Shown here one piece after another: positions 62,604 to 64,000 of a stretch of 64,000 bases of DNA; position 1 is the first letter of the stretch; the number at the start of each line of letters is the position of its first letter. Location: contig NMRA01000102.1 of assembly GCA_002633005.1 (NCBI GenBank), forward strand, positions 197,515 to 261,514. The letters run 5' to 3'. The notes under the pieces are model-generated. The model ran no database searches, had not been told where the DNA came from, and saw only the letters and a list, made by a program, of their open reading frames with translations. Source of the stretch: Phoronis australis (Eukaryota; Animalia; Phoronida). Both the position numbers and the translations under genes were made by a program.

Positions 62604-63522
62604 AGGTCTTGTTATGTCAACTGAGCCACTGTGTTCTGTCCGTTGCCTAATGAGGCTGTTAGCCAGGTGCTAGTATACCGCAGTACCATCTTTGATTCTA
62701 TGATATTTACCCACAATGCTGCGTGTCTGTAGAGAATATGGCCTGCAGTTGAACACTAATCACTAATCACTAGTTCTAATTCAGATTAGTTTGCTATTTG
62801 CTGTTCTGACACCAATTAGGTTTTATTTTTGCAGAGTTGAAATAGATATGAAAAACAGAGTGAGGCACAGTGACTTGTTAGACTCGCCTCAGAAATGTGT
62901 TGGCAGCCTTACCTTTTAAAAACTAGATAAGAGTCCAAAGAATGCATTTTGTGCTTCCTCAAAAGAGAGAAGCTGAATCTTTGATGTTATCAGCTGTATT
63001 TCATTTGACTGTTGTTGGCTGCTGGTCAGAAATGGGACTTTAGTGCTGATTCTGAGAGATGTTAATGTTGCAGCACGTTCTTTAACTATTACATTGATTC
63101 TACTGGTGTGTTTCTCCTTCACGTTTATTGCATGGTCTAATGGATAAATGGCAAAATTGTGTGACATGAAGTGATAAAGGCCACATCCTGAGGTAAACCT
63201 AACAACCCTCTCTTGTTTTAACTATAGTACTTAAATCACTTTGCTGTAAAACCAATAATCCTGCTTTGTACTATAACATTGAATCACTTCAGCTGAGGGA
63301 CATAAAAGGCCACAGTAGAGGTTGTAATTAGAGTATTAGCAATAGGCGTGGGTTGTTTGATTTGGCTTAGCATACTATAGTACTGTGTCAACTGTTAGGT
63401 GTTTGATCTAGGTGTGTGTGTGAGTTTGCGCGTGTGTGTGAGAGAGTTTTTATCCAATAATGACTTATAGCAAGCCTTCACTAGATGGAAGTTTTAATTT
63501 GAAAGCTCCATCTATATCATTT

Positions 63523-64000
63523 TTATGCGCCCACATATTTATATGTGGACGCATTATGCCGTCATCTCTGTCTGTCCGTCCGTCCGTCCGGGCGGCGTCT
63601 GTCCGGCGTCCGTCCGGCGTCCGCTGCTCTATCTCCAAAACCCTTTGACATACGTTCATGAAATTTGGGACGTATGTTCCATTCATGAATGGGACGGCAT
63701 GTGCGAACTTTCGGACGGATCCGACTACCGGTGTGCCCCCTAGTGGCAATTTTAGTTTTTTACGCTTACCTTTGTATCTTCAAAAGTCCTGAACGGATTT
63801 TCATGAAATTTGGTATGTAGGCACCTAGTAGTGAGATGACGCTATCCTGCCGTTTTCGGATGGATTCGACATAGTTTGCGCCACCTAGTGGCCATTTTTA
63901 CTGTTTTCGAGTCTGTTTTTGTGCTTCCACCCCTCTATCAACCAAACCGCTCAAAGGATGATTGTGAAAATTGGCATGTATGTGCTTACTATGTAGAGGA
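63523..64000 (+). mobile_element. HINE family A, copy running off the window
   Basis: Nearly identical to the 5' part of 52566..53636. Confidence 0.8.

Noticed and set aside
62916-63167. Next QC exon (QLLSFEEA resembles LQLIFFDGEEA)
   Set aside because: Wrong strand and lacks the DGEE motif.

Overview
Eukaryotic genomic window, AT-rich with GT-AG introns. It looks like a bilaterian invertebrate, possibly a lophotrochozoan (inference from repeat types). Four host genes are supported: (1) the three 3' exons of a GPI-type membrane MMP (+, hemopexin repeats, CxC stalk, hydrophobic tail); (2) a complete 4-exon TMEM179 (-, 225 aa); (3) an intronless sulfotransferase-fold gene head-to-head with TMEM179 (+), whose apparent second copy is probably an assembly overlap at a single N; (4) the 5' part of a glutaminyl-peptide cyclotransferase (QPCT/QPCTL, +). 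The window opens with a decaying tandem array of tRNA-Gly(GCC) copies, with one intact gene at its edge. The rest is a dense mosaic of mobile DNA: a Penelope-like fragment with GIY-YIG and a minimal hammerhead ribozyme nested in a 4.3-kb element with a 5-bp TSD, a Kolobok-like THAP element with ~290-bp TIRs, three families of Helentron-associated HINEs, hAT/Harbinger-like MITEs, an L1/Tx1 relic and many minisatellites. The most interesting leads are the hammerhead motifs, the two-armed THAP element, the intronless sulfotransferase and the unusual QPCT 5' structure. All calls are by eye with no database searches, and I found no clearly new system that the sequence alone proves.
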